From IMG/VR virus record IMGVR_UViG_3300029778_000003, positions 1-60,904 of that record: DNA of 60,904 nt; one strand, given 5' to 3'. The DNA is from a virus. Position numbers and translations under genes: made by a program. Shown in pieces: positions 16,238 to 25,667 of the stretch. Numbering within the stretch: the stretch's first letter is position 1; each line of letters opens with the position of its first letter. The notes under the pieces are model-generated. The model was not told the DNA's origin and searched no databases. It was given only the letters and a program-made list of their open reading frames with translations.

Positions 16238-16442
16238 CAATCCTTTATCAGAGTATCAACCGCCATCTAAAGAAGCATTGAGAAATTTTGGCATAGACAT
16301 TTCAAGAGAAGCAGTAGAAAAATATGCTTTGGAAAAGTTTGGCAGACTGCCACAAAGCCATATTGAAATGAATTTTGCTAGGGATTCTAAAATAGTTGAA
16401 GAAACAAAGAGATTTATAAGGAATGAAAATAATAAATTGTAA
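16224..16442 (+). CDS. Hypothetical protein, paralogue of 16742..17014
   Basis: Shared pattern GIDIS.EAVEKYA...GR.P......F.R....I.EETK with the downstream paralogue. Confidence 0.6.
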   Translation: MNNIDNPLSEYQPPSKEALRNFGIDISREAVEKYALEKFGRLPQSHIEMNFARDSKIVEETKRFIRNENNKL

Positions 16443-16457
16443 AGGAGAAAATAAATT

Positions 16458-16721
16458 ATGAATTTTGGACAGGCAATTGAAGCATTAAAAAACAGCAAAA
16501 AAGTAGCAAGAAAAGGTTGGAATGGCAAGGAAATGTTTGTGTATTACGTTCCGGCTGGCAATTTTAAGTCATATACAGAAATTGGGAAATCTATTGCAGA
16601 TGGAGACGATTTAGTACATTACAGTCCGTATTTTGCTATCAAAAATGTTAATGAAACTGTTTCTACATGGGTTCCGTCAATCAATGATTGCTTAGCAGAA
16701 GATTGGTATGTAGTTGAGTAG
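16458..16721 (+). CDS. tad2: DUF2829 / Tad2-like protein (candidate anti-Thoeris signal sponge)
   Basis: MNFGQAIEALKNSKKVARKGWNGKEMFVYYV and C-terminal WVPSINDCLAEDWYVV are the hallmark ends of DUF2829 proteins as I know them. Confidence 0.75.
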   Translation: MNFGQAIEALKNSKKVARKGWNGKEMFVYYVPAGNFKSYTEIGKSIADGDDLVHYSPYFAIKNVNETVSTWVPSINDCLAEDWYVVE

Positions 16722-16741
16722 CATATGGGAGTTTTGGGACA

Positions 16742-17014
16742 ATGAGCATGGCAGAAGTAATTAAATCAATAGAGCGTGAAGCGTTTAGAGAAGCACAATC
16801 GCACGAAATAGGTGGTAGAAATGGCGAGCCTATAGAAACATCTGAACTTCACGATATGACTATCGGCATTGATATTTCAGTTGATGCAGTCAATGAGTAT
16901 GCAAAATCAATTCTAGGCAGATACCCGAAAAATAATTATGAATTTTTAAGAGCATTAGCAATGAAAATCCTAGAGGAAACAAAATCATTAGCGAATAGTG
17001 AGGGGAAGAAGTGA
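16742..17014 (+). CDS. Hypothetical protein, paralogue of 16224..16442
   Basis: TIGIDISVDAVNEYAKSILGRYPKNNYEFLRALAMKILEETK. Confidence 0.6.
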   Translation: MSMAEVIKSIEREAFREAQSHEIGGRNGEPIETSELHDMTIGIDISVDAVNEYAKSILGRYPKNNYEFLRALAMKILEETKSLANSEGKK

Positions 17015-17018
17015 GATT

Positions 17019-17201
17019 ATGAAAATAATTAAAAAGGGTGATTTGAACATAGCCAAAAAACCACTAAGATTTAAATGCAAGAATTGTTGGACGATTTTTG
17101 AAGCGATTGAAGAAGAATATATATACTGTGGCGACCAACGAGAGGGCGATAACTGGAAGTGCGAATGTCCTTTGTGCCACAAAATGGTTTATTACAGCTA
17201 A
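17019..17201 (+). CDS. Small zinc-ribbon protein
   Basis: MKIIKKGDL..FKCKNCWTIF...WKCECPLCHKMVY. Start moved to the ATG after gagggga. Confidence 0.5.
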   Translation: MKIIKKGDLNIAKKPLRFKCKNCWTIFEAIEEEYIYCGDQREGDNWKCECPLCHKMVYYS

Positions 17202-17241
17202 AATAATGATTGCTGATTATCAACAGAAAGGGGAACATATT

Positions 17242-18450
17242 ATGGCTGATTTGAAAATATTTACAGAAAATATAGAACATGAAGCATTAAATCAGATATA
17301 TACGCTTGTAAAACAGCCGGCATTTTCGGATTGCAAGATAAGAATTATGCCAGATGTTCACGCGGGAGCAGGGTGTGTTATAGGATTTACTGCTGATTTA
17401 GGAGAAAAAGTAATACCGAACATTGTTGGAGTTGACATAGGCTGTGGGATGCTTACTACAAACTTGGGGAATATTGATATTGATTTTGAGAAATTAGATA
17501 ACGTCATTAGAGAATATGTTCCAAGTGGTAGAAGGGTTCATGAAGAAGAAAACTCATCTGTCGCAAGCGATATTATTGAAAAATTGTATTGCAAGGAACA
17601 GTTGAAAAATATAGATTGGCTGAAAAGAAGTTGCGGCACGTTGGGAGGCGGCAATCATTTTATCGAAGTTGATAGCGATAGCAAGAATAATAAATATCTT
17701 GTTATTCATTCGGGAAGTAGAAATGTCGGAAAGCAAGTCGCAGAAATATATCAGCAAATGGCGATTGCTGATATTTCGGGAAAATCGAATTTTAAACAAG
17801 ACAGTGAGAAATTGATTGCTGAATACAAAAAATGTAAAAGAGAAAGAGAAATCAGCAAGGCTATTAAAGAATTAAAGCAGTCCTACGAAAAAAATACAAC
17901 TAAAATCCCTAGAGAGTTATCATATCTTGTTGGGAAACATAGAGAAATGTATTTACACGATATGAAATTATGCCAAGAGTTTGCGGAAATTAACAGAAGA
18001 GCCATTCAGAGCATTATTTGCTACTATATGGGTTGGAACGTTACAAAAGAAACGGAGCGATTTCAAACGATTCACAACTACATTGAACACGATACAAATA
18101 TTGTCCGTAAAGGTGCTATTTCTGCAAAAGCGGGGGAAAAAGTACTAATACCAATAAACATGCGTGACGGTTGCATTTTGGGAATTGGCAAGGGAAATGA
18201 AGACTGGAATTATTCAGCACCGCATGGAGCGGGGCGAACTATGAGTAGGTCAAAGGCAAAAGAAAGCATTTTGCTAGAAGAGTATCAAAAAGCAATGGAC
18301 GGAATATTTACAACATCTGTAAATACATCCACGATTGATGAAAGCCCTATGGCATATAAAACAATGGATGAAATAATTGGACATATAAAAGATACCGTTG
18401 AAATAGTTGACATTATAAAACCGATTTACAATTTCAAAGCAAACGAATAA
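17242..18450 (+). CDS. rtcB: RtcB-family RNA 3'-phosphate ligase
   Basis: MPDVHAGAGCVIGFT, GGGNHFIEV, IHSGSRNVGKQVA, PHGAGR are the metal- and GMP-binding motifs of RtcB. ATG 17242 preferred over the ORF-track start. Confidence 0.92.
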   Translation: MADLKIFTENIEHEALNQIYTLVKQPAFSDCKIRIMPDVHAGAGCVIGFTADLGEKVIPNIVGVDIGCGMLTTNLGNIDIDFEKLDNVIREYVPSGRRVHEEENSSVASDIIEKLYCKEQLKNIDWLKRSCGTLGGGNHFIEVDSDSKNNKYLVIHSGSRNVGKQVAEIYQQMAIADISGKSNFKQDSEKLIAEYKKCKREREISKAIKELKQSYEKNTTKIPRELSYLVGKHREMYLHDMKLCQEFAEINRRAIQSIICYYMGWNVTKETERFQTIHNYIEHDTNIVRKGAISAKAGEKVLIPINMRDGCILGIGKGNEDWNYSAPHGAGRTMSRSKAKESILLEEYQKAMDGIFTTSVNTSTIDESPMAYKTMDEIIGHIKDTVEIVDIIKPIYNFKANE

Positions 18451-18550
18451 AAACAATTACCGGCTACAGATTGATTGTAGTCGCTACCCTAAAACAGTTA
18501 TAGGCAGAGGTCTATAAGCACCTTTGCTGAAGAGCGGAGGTGCTTTTCTT

Positions 18551-20320
18551 ATGGCTAGTCAGAGCCTTATTTCCACAGTAAACGGATATGAAAACTACAT
18601 AGAGGATAAAGGAAAAGACGAGCAAGTAATTAATGCCTATGTAGACGCTTGCAGTGTAGCCATAAACGGCGAGAAAGATATTGAGTATGGACTACAACTC
18701 ACTAAGAGGGCAAAAGAGCTTATAGAGGACTTCTGCACGGCTAAAACAGGTGGTACGATTTGGGAATTGGATTATTACCATTTCAAACATGAGACCACAC
18801 CATATAACTTAGTTAATTACTATTTTGATTTATTTCTGATAGAAGCTCACTATAAGTTTGAGAGCTTTATGATTTACATGGAAAAAAATCGTCCACCATG
18901 GGAAAGATTTTATTTGCCGAGAAGAAATCCGTTAAGCAAAGTCGCACAGCTCATTCAAGATTTGTACGATGACAAGCTTGATGAGGGCATGGTATTCTGC
19001 CCCGGACGTATCGGAAAGACTCAAATCGTTAAAATGGGTAATTTGTGGTTTGGTTCAAACAGACCTGAGAGGTCAAATCTATATTCGGCATATTCTGACA
19101 AAATAACCGGAGGATTTTACGATGGAACATTAGAAATGGTAAATGACCCAACGTACACCTACAAAGATATTTACCCTAAAATTGTAGAGAAAAAAGCTAT
19201 CACAGACGGAAAAGACCTTACAATAGATTTCTTGCGTAAAAAGACATACCCAACATTTACCATGCGTTCTATATACGGAACACTGAACGGAGCGTGTGAC
19301 TGTGATGGCTTAGGAGTATATGACGATTTATTTAGTGGTATTGATGAAGCATTAAGTGAGGATAGACAGGCTACAGTTTGGGGAAAGTTTGATAATAACT
19401 TTATGCCGAGAATTAAGCCTGGCAAAGCAAAGTTGTTAGGAATAGGCACGAGATGGGCGCCAAGAGATGTACAAGGGCGCAGGCTTGAATTGCTTGCAAA
19501 TAATCCTGAATATAAAAACATACGTCATAGAGAGGTCATAATTCCGGCACTCAATGAAAACAATGAGAGTAATTTTGATTATCCCTACAAATTGGGATAT
19601 TCCACATTAGATTATAAGCGCAGAATGGCTTCATTTGAAGATAATGACGATATGGCTTCATGGTTCGCCCAATATCAGCAAGAGCCAATAGAAAGAAAAG
19701 GTCAGATGTTCAATATTGATAACATGAACTTTTTTGACCCGACAGAAATTGAGGGAATAAGACCTGATAGAATTTTTTCGGCAAACGACCCGGCATATGG
19801 TGGTGGAGACTTTGTATCAATGCCGATTTGCTATGAGATTGAAAAGGAATACTATATCGTGGATGTTGTGTATAACGATGGCGATAAGGATATAACAATT
19901 CCCGAAGTAACAAGTAGAATGGAAAGTCACTTAGATAAATTCTCGAATAAAACAGCAGAGGTACATTTTGAGGAAACAAAAACAACATCTGCCTATCGTT
20001 TGGAGTGCGAGAAAATATGGAAAAAAGATTGCTACCCAATATTGACAAGCCATGACCCAGCAGATAACAAAACTGCAAAAATGGACAGAATTAAAAATCA
20101 TGCGCCGGATATAAGAAAACTGCATTTCATAAAACTTGAAAGACAAACTAAGGAATACAAGAAATATTTTCAAAACGTTCTTTCTTGCACATATGAGGGC
20201 AAAATGAAACATGATGATGGTGTTGATTCTACTGCACAGTTGTGCGATATGATTTTTAGGGAAAAGCGGATAGCAAAGGTTGAAGCAGTACACAATCCGT
20301 TCAGAGGAGGGCTTTATTAA
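18551..20320 (+). CDS. terL: Terminase large subunit
   Basis: About 590 aa. GRIGKTQ Walker A-like, GVYDDLFSGIDEA Walker B-like, C-terminal nuclease DPAYGGGDF..HDDGVDSTAQ. ggaggtg RBS before ATG 18551. Confidence 0.88.
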   Translation: MASQSLISTVNGYENYIEDKGKDEQVINAYVDACSVAINGEKDIEYGLQLTKRAKELIEDFCTAKTGGTIWELDYYHFKHETTPYNLVNYYFDLFLIEAHYKFESFMIYMEKNRPPWERFYLPRRNPLSKVAQLIQDLYDDKLDEGMVFCPGRIGKTQIVKMGNLWFGSNRPERSNLYSAYSDKITGGFYDGTLEMVNDPTYTYKDIYPKIVEKKAITDGKDLTIDFLRKKTYPTFTMRSIYGTLNGACDCDGLGVYDDLFSGIDEALSEDRQATVWGKFDNNFMPRIKPGKAKLLGIGTRWAPRDVQGRRLELLANNPEYKNIRHREVIIPALNENNESNFDYPYKLGYSTLDYKRRMASFEDNDDMASWFAQYQQEPIERKGQMFNIDNMNFFDPTEIEGIRPDRIFSANDPAYGGGDFVSMPICYEIEKEYYIVDVVYNDGDKDITIPEVTSRMESHLDKFSNKTAEVHFEETKTTSAYRLECEKIWKKDCYPILTSHDPADNKTAKMDRIKNHAPDIRKLHFIKLERQTKEYKKYFQNVLSCTYEGKMKHDDGVDSTAQLCDMIFREKRIAKVEAVHNPFRGGLY

Positions 20321-20754
20321 TGAATACAAAAACTTACTTAAATCAAATCAGCAGATTAGATAAAATGATACAAAATAAGCTGTCTGAGATATACCGGCTT
20401 AAGACAATAGCATGTAGCGTTACTGTTTCAACGGATAAAGAGGCAGTTGATGTTTCATCGGACAAAGATAAATTAGGCAGTACAGTAACTAAAATTGTGG
20501 ACTTGGAAAAAGATACAGATAGACTCGTTGATGAATTTATGAGAAAAAGAAATCATATCATCGGTCAAATTGATAGTATGGAGAATACTGACTATTATCA
20601 TGTACTCTCAATGAGATATGTCAATCAAAACACTTTTGAAGAAATCGCGCAGGCTACAAATTGGAGCATAAGAAAAATATTTACAATCCACGGCAGAGCC
20701 TTGCAAGAGTTTGAAAGGCTTTACGGAAAAGAATATCTTGAAAATGTGCAGTAG
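20320..20754 (+). CDS. Sigma-70 region-4-like transcription regulator (ArpU/RinA/DUF1492-like late activator candidate)
   Basis: YYHVLSMRYVNQNTFEEIAQATNWSIRKIFTIHGRALQEFERL resembles region 4 HTH. TAATG overlap with terL. Confidence 0.6.
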   Translation: MNTKTYLNQISRLDKMIQNKLSEIYRLKTIACSVTVSTDKEAVDVSSDKDKLGSTVTKIVDLEKDTDRLVDEFMRKRNHIIGQIDSMENTDYYHVLSMRYVNQNTFEEIAQATNWSIRKIFTIHGRALQEFERLYGKEYLENVQ

Positions 20755-20861
20755 TGTGCATAGTTTTACATATCATTGCATATATACACTTAAAAAATTG
20801 ACAGTTATAATATAACTATGAAAAAATCGTAATTCGTTCATTGCGTAAAATCTCTTTTAGA

Positions 20862-20893
20862 AATGGCACTCACAGATTGTGGGTGCCATTTTT
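20862..20893 (+). terminator. Rho-independent terminator between the terminase/regulator unit and the portal operon
   Basis: aatggcac-loop-gtgccatt then ttttt. Confidence 0.7.
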
Positions 20894-20910
20894 AGTGAAG
20901 CGAGGGTGAC

Positions 20911-21132
20911 ATGAATAATCAGAATATTAATATTGTACCAACAGGAAAACGAAGTGTAATGTGCCCTCGTTGCGGTAAATTGCTAACGTGGGTGAATAAA
21001 AACGATAAGAAGCACCACAAAGTAATGTGTACGCACTGCCGTAAATGGATATGGTTTTGGGCTGGCACACAAGAATTTCAGATAAAAGAGGTTCCGCAGA
21101 GAACTTCTGCAAGTGGCATGAGGTTTTATTGA
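20911..21132 (+). CDS. Zinc-ribbon protein, Mu Com-like by eye
   Basis: MCPRCGKLLTWV...VMCTHCRKWIWF has two CxxC pairs. Confidence 0.5.
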   Translation: MNNQNINIVPTGKRSVMCPRCGKLLTWVNKNDKKHHKVMCTHCRKWIWFWAGTQEFQIKEVPQRTSASGMRFY

Positions 21133-22583
21133 TGTATAGATATGCTCATAAAAACGTAAGACCTTTTTCGGCCGTCTGCCAAAATAATTACGGCAGACAA
21201 GTTATTTTTACACGTAAAAGGCAAATCACAAAAAACAACATAATCGAAGAGCTGAATAAAGCACTTGTGATTCACGAGCAAAACGCTATTGAGATTGAGT
21301 ATCTTGACAGATACTATCGTGGCGACCAACCGATTTTGTATCGACAAAAAGTGAACCGCCCGGAAATCAATAACAAGATTGCTGTAAATCTTGCGTATGA
21401 GCTTGTTGAGCGCAAAACCGCAGAGATGTGTGCCGAGCCAATCCAATATGTGTTGCGTGGCACTGATAACCACAAGTCAGAAGAAATCACACAGCTTAAC
21501 ATCACGATGGACTCTGAAAGTAAACAAGAGTGCGACATAGACATACATCGTTGGAGAAGCATATGCGGTACCGGCTACAGATTCATCGGAAATGATGACG
21601 GACAAGGACAGTTGCTTGATGAAAGCGATTTTTATTTATCGTCTGAGAATCCAATGTACACCTTTGTAGTGTACTACTCAAACGGACGTCCGGCATTTTC
21701 CTGTCAAATCGGAGAGGACGAGAACGGAGCAAATATTTATTATGTGTTCACTGATAATGAGTGGTTTGATATTCGCAGCGACAAGATTTATGCAAGCGGA
21801 ATAAACGGAAACAGAGCAATCCCAGTGATTGAATATCCAAATAATGCAAGGCGATTATCTGACATCGAAATGACTATTGCAATCACAGACGCTATTAACG
21901 TGCTTACATCAGACAGAATTAATGGAGTCGAGCAGTTTGTGTCTGCATGGGTGAAATTCGTTAATTGTGAGATTGATATAGATACATTCAGGAAAATGCG
22001 ACAAGAGGGAGCATTGGTAGTTAAATCTAACAATGGTTCAGACAACAAGGCTGATGTTGACGTAATGACGAGCGAACTTAATCAGACAGAGGGGCAAGTG
22101 GTATTTACTGACCTTTTTGAAAGATTTTTAAGCATTCAAGGTCTTGCAAATCGTCAGGGCAACACAGGCGGTGACACCGGCTCGGCTGTAGAACTGCGAA
22201 ACGGACATTATGATGCCGGACTTAGGACGGCTATTAATGAGCCTATCCTCAAGAAATCAGAGAGAATGGCACTTAGACTTATTCTTAACAGGCTGAGAAT
22301 TAATAAGGGCTTTACACTTATGCCTAGTGATGTTGAGATACACATTAATCACAACAAGCTTGACAACATGCTTGTTAAGGCAGAAGTGCTTGAAATATTA
22401 CTTAGGTGCGGTATCAATTACAAGAGAGCCGTCAAGACGATTGACATGTTTAGTGACCCTGAACAAGTCACTCTTGAAAGTGCTAAGCGCATGGAAATGT
22501 TATTCCCGGAAGAACAGCCGGCAACAGCTACACCTAACAATAATAACAATGATAAGAACAATGGAAAGACAGCCGATGAATAA
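21132..22583 (+). CDS. Portal protein (SPP1 gp6-like)
   Basis: ATG 21132 (MYRYAHK). LDRYYRGDQPILYRQKVNRPEINNKIAVNLAYELV is typical of the SPP1-type portal N-region. Position follows terL. Confidence 0.85.
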   Translation: MYRYAHKNVRPFSAVCQNNYGRQVIFTRKRQITKNNIIEELNKALVIHEQNAIEIEYLDRYYRGDQPILYRQKVNRPEINNKIAVNLAYELVERKTAEMCAEPIQYVLRGTDNHKSEEITQLNITMDSESKQECDIDIHRWRSICGTGYRFIGNDDGQGQLLDESDFYLSSENPMYTFVVYYSNGRPAFSCQIGEDENGANIYYVFTDNEWFDIRSDKIYASGINGNRAIPVIEYPNNARRLSDIEMTIAITDAINVLTSDRINGVEQFVSAWVKFVNCEIDIDTFRKMRQEGALVVKSNNGSDNKADVDVMTSELNQTEGQVVFTDLFERFLSIQGLANRQGNTGGDTGSAVELRNGHYDAGLRTAINEPILKKSERMALRLILNRLRINKGFTLMPSDVEIHINHNKLDNMLVKAEVLEILLRCGINYKRAVKTIDMFSDPEQVTLESAKRMEMLFPEEQPATATPNNNNNDKNNGKTADE

Positions 22584-22612
22584 TTGGCTGTCAATTTATT
22601 TTGGAGCTTGAT

Positions 22613-23239
22613 ATGGCAGACGAAATCCACGCACTTAACAAAAATGAAATACAAGACATAGATTATGACACATATTTTGGTGAGATGGATTTGACGGACG
22701 AGGAAAAGGAAGATAGAAAAAAGCTTGCTGAAAAGTTTGAAAAAATCTTTGTTATGCTATTTGCCTTGTTATCCGGCAAGGAAGAAACAGAGATAACAAC
22801 TATCACCAAAGAATTTATCATCAGATATGAGAGCATTGCCACGCAGTATTGCAAAGCAAAGAAAACACCCTCATACATTACAGACTATGCCCGGTACATT
22901 GTGAATGAGGTGGTTGACGCCACCACACAAAATACTGAAGTAGAGTATTTTACTTCACAGAAGCGAGCAAAAAATGTAGCTGCGAATGAAGCTAATGCAG
23001 TCGGCAATTACAGATTGCAAACCGAAATGGTGAAACAAGGTTACAAAACAAAAGAGTGGCGCTCAAAAGAAGATTCACATGTCAGACCTACACATGCAGA
23101 TGTTGACGGAAAGAGAATTGATATTTTTAAGCCGTTTGAGGTTGGAAATTCACTGATGATGTTTCCGAAAGACCACTCTTTAGGGGCACAGGTAAAAGAA
23201 ATAGCAGGGTGTAGATGCAGTCTTAAATATTACAAATAA
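22613..23239 (+). CDS. Head morphogenesis protein (SPP1 gp7-like minor capsid protein)
   Basis: WRSKEDSHVRPTHADVDGKRI motif. Follows the portal. Confidence 0.8.
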   Translation: MADEIHALNKNEIQDIDYDTYFGEMDLTDEEKEDRKKLAEKFEKIFVMLFALLSGKEETEITTITKEFIIRYESIATQYCKAKKTPSYITDYARYIVNEVVDATTQNTEVEYFTSQKRAKNVAANEANAVGNYRLQTEMVKQGYKTKEWRSKEDSHVRPTHADVDGKRIDIFKPFEVGNSLMMFPKDHSLGAQVKEIAGCRCSLKYYK

Positions 23240-23370
23240 TAAGCAACTTGTAAGGAAAACTTATAGGTTGCTTTTTATTATACAAAATTTGCAGTTGTGC
23301 GTTAAACAACAGAAAAACTCGGCGGGAGCGACCCGCGATAACAAAAGCGTGAGTTACGGAGGTAATTGAA

Positions 23371-23925
23371 ATGACAAGAAATGATGTTTTGAAGCTTTTC
23401 CCCGATGCAACGGATGAGCAGATAACAAATCTGCTTAACAAGAGCGGTGAGGAAATGGCAAGAGAGAAAGAGAAAGCCAATCAGTACAAAGCTAAAGCCG
23501 ACAAAGCTGACGAGCTACAGACACAGCTTGATGAGCTACAGAATGGCAACATGACAGAGCTTGAAAAGGCAAATAAAGCCTTAGAGACAGCCAATCAACA
23601 GATTGCCAAGCTACAGAAAGATAATGCCGTCAGAGATTTACGAGAGAGTGCAATGTCTGATTTTGGAATTACAGCCGAACAGGCAAAGACAGTAGTAAAA
23701 GAGGATGGCTCTTTTGACACGACATCACTTGGCAAGATTATTTCCGACATGAAAGCCAATGCGATAGCAGAGTATGAGAAAAACGCTCTCAACAATACTC
23801 CGAATCCAAGCAATGGCGGTAACAATAATGAACCCGACTCAAAGCCAGCAGATGTAGCAAATGCAGAACAAATCTCATTCGGTACAGTTGCAAGTGCTGA
23901 AAGTCAAAACAGCTATGTAATTTAA
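23371..23925 (+). CDS. Scaffolding protein
   Basis: 184 aa, helical and charged with coiled-coil character (ELQTQLDELQNGNMTELEKANKALETANQQIAKLQKDN). Sits upstream of the capsid genes. Confidence 0.7.
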   Translation: MTRNDVLKLFPDATDEQITNLLNKSGEEMAREKEKANQYKAKADKADELQTQLDELQNGNMTELEKANKALETANQQIAKLQKDNAVRDLRESAMSDFGITAEQAKTVVKEDGSFDTTSLGKIISDMKANAIAEYEKNALNNTPNPSNGGNNNEPDSKPADVANAEQISFGTVASAESQNSYVI

Positions 23926-23941
23926 AACAGGAGGTAGAACG

Positions 23942-24292
23942 ATGGGAAAGCCAATCGTAAGAGACTTTACACAGGGTAAAGGAATTTTAAAATTTTTCCC
24001 TTATGAGGGTGCAGCGTGCCTTGTACCACAGACTATGGTAACAAGCGCAGATGGAAACGGAAGGAAGATTGTGCCGGCCGGTACACCATTCCCAAGCAAT
24101 GACGCAGAGTGCAAGGGCTATCTGTTACACGATGTAGATGTAACGATGGGTGACGCACCTGGAACATATGTATATCAGGGAACTATTGATTGGGAGAAAG
24201 TTAAGTCGCTTTCAATCGCAGATGAAGCTAGAACTGCAACACCTAGAGTTACTTTCTATGGCGCGCCAAAGATTGTAGCAAGTCAGGGTTAA
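23942..24292 (+). CDS. Head decoration protein candidate (gpD position)
   Basis: 116 aa between the scaffold and a gpE-like capsid gene. Assignment by synteny only. Confidence 0.5.
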   Translation: MGKPIVRDFTQGKGILKFFPYEGAACLVPQTMVTSADGNGRKIVPAGTPFPSNDAECKGYLLHDVDVTMGDAPGTYVYQGTIDWEKVKSLSIADEARTATPRVTFYGAPKIVASQG

Positions 24293-24308
24293 AAGGAGGT
24301 AGAAGAAC

Positions 24309-25400
24309 ATGGCATTACCATTAGCAGAAGCATTTACAGCGAGAAGCCTCGGTGTAATGTGGGATAACTACAAAAAGACATTAGGAACTGCCCCTTATCT
24401 TGGCAGACAAAAATTCGGAACACGTAAACAGGACTCACTTGACCTTAGATTTATCAAGGGTAAGAACGGACTGCCGGTATCGCTCAAAGCTTCAAACTTT
24501 GACGCACAGGCAGAGTTAAGAGATGTTGGAGGCTTCTCTGACATTCAGAACTCAATGCCATTTTATCGTGAGGGATATATGGTAACAGAGAAAGAGGAGC
24601 AGGAGTACGACAATTACAGAACTTCTGAAAACTCTAGCCTTGCCAATAACGTATTACGTGAAATCTCTAAGAAACCAATGATGTTAATTGAGGGCGCATT
24701 AGTTGTACCGGAGAGACAGATTTGGCAGTTACTTGCACCTACAGATGGTGTACCAAAGGTAAAGGTTGTACTTGGCGATAAGAACTATGTCGTTGATTAC
24801 ACAGCCGACAATGGTGCAGAGCATAAGGAAAAGCACTTTAAGTCAATTACCGGCACAAGTGCATGGGATAAGCCTACCACATGTGCACCGCTTGATGACC
24901 TTATCACAGCTCGTAGAGACTTTGCAAAGGCTACAGGCTACTCACTTACACGTTTTACCATGAATACAGAGACTTGGGAAATGGTGCTTAAGGCAGAGGA
25001 CACAAAGAAACAGGTACTCGGTATCACTGCTTACAATGGCGGTATCAGATTACAGCAAGGACAGGTTACTGAATACCTTAGAGGATATGGTATCGAGATT
25101 GAAGTATACGATAAGCTCTATGTTGACGAGTCAGGGCAGACACAGTACTTTGTACCAACAGGTATTGTATCTGCGCAGTCTGCCGGAGTATTCCTCGGCG
25201 ATTACACATTCGGTAAGACTCCAGAGGAAAGAAGCGGAAGTATCACAGACGGAAACCTCTCACTTGTTGAGACAGGTGTATCTGTATACACATATGCTAC
25301 AAATCATCCTATCAATACTCACTGTATCGTATCTATGATTGGATTACCTACATTCGAGGGTATGGATAGCGTTATGGTTCTCAAAGTTAAGGAGGATTAA
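24309..25400 (+). CDS. Major capsid protein (lambda gpE-like)
   Basis: 363 aa, strong aaggaggt RBS. Position and size fit; N-terminus MALPLAEAFTARSL..WDNY resembles the gpE family by eye. Confidence 0.8.
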   Translation: MALPLAEAFTARSLGVMWDNYKKTLGTAPYLGRQKFGTRKQDSLDLRFIKGKNGLPVSLKASNFDAQAELRDVGGFSDIQNSMPFYREGYMVTEKEEQEYDNYRTSENSSLANNVLREISKKPMMLIEGALVVPERQIWQLLAPTDGVPKVKVVLGDKNYVVDYTADNGAEHKEKHFKSITGTSAWDKPTTCAPLDDLITARRDFAKATGYSLTRFTMNTETWEMVLKAEDTKKQVLGITAYNGGIRLQQGQVTEYLRGYGIEIEVYDKLYVDESGQTQYFVPTGIVSAQSAGVFLGDYTFGKTPEERSGSITDGNLSLVETGVSVYTYATNHPINTHCIVSMIGLPTFEGMDSVMVLKVKED

Positions 25401-25405
25401 GGCTT

Positions 25406-25657
25406 ATGATAGCAACGCACTCTATAAAGCATGATGGAGTGTGGTATAAAGTCGGAGACGAGGTACCGGAAAGCAATAGCAATTCGGTGCCTTCTGATTT
25501 TATGAACCCACCTGAAACACCATACACAAAGACAGAAATTAACAGAATGTCAACAGCCGACCTAAAGAAGCTTGCGAGCGGAAATGGTATTGAAAATGCC
25601 GCAGAAATAAATGGCAGCGACTTGAAAAAAATGTTAATTGAAAAGTTTGGATTATAA
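25406..25657 (+). CDS. Small protein with Rho-N/SAP-like HeH motif
   Basis: MSTADLKKLASGNGIENAAEINGSDLKKMLIEKF. Confidence 0.55.
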   Translation: MIATHSIKHDGVWYKVGDEVPESNSNSVPSDFMNPPETPYTKTEINRMSTADLKKLASGNGIENAAEINGSDLKKMLIEKFGL

Positions 25658-25667
25658 GGAGCTTGGC

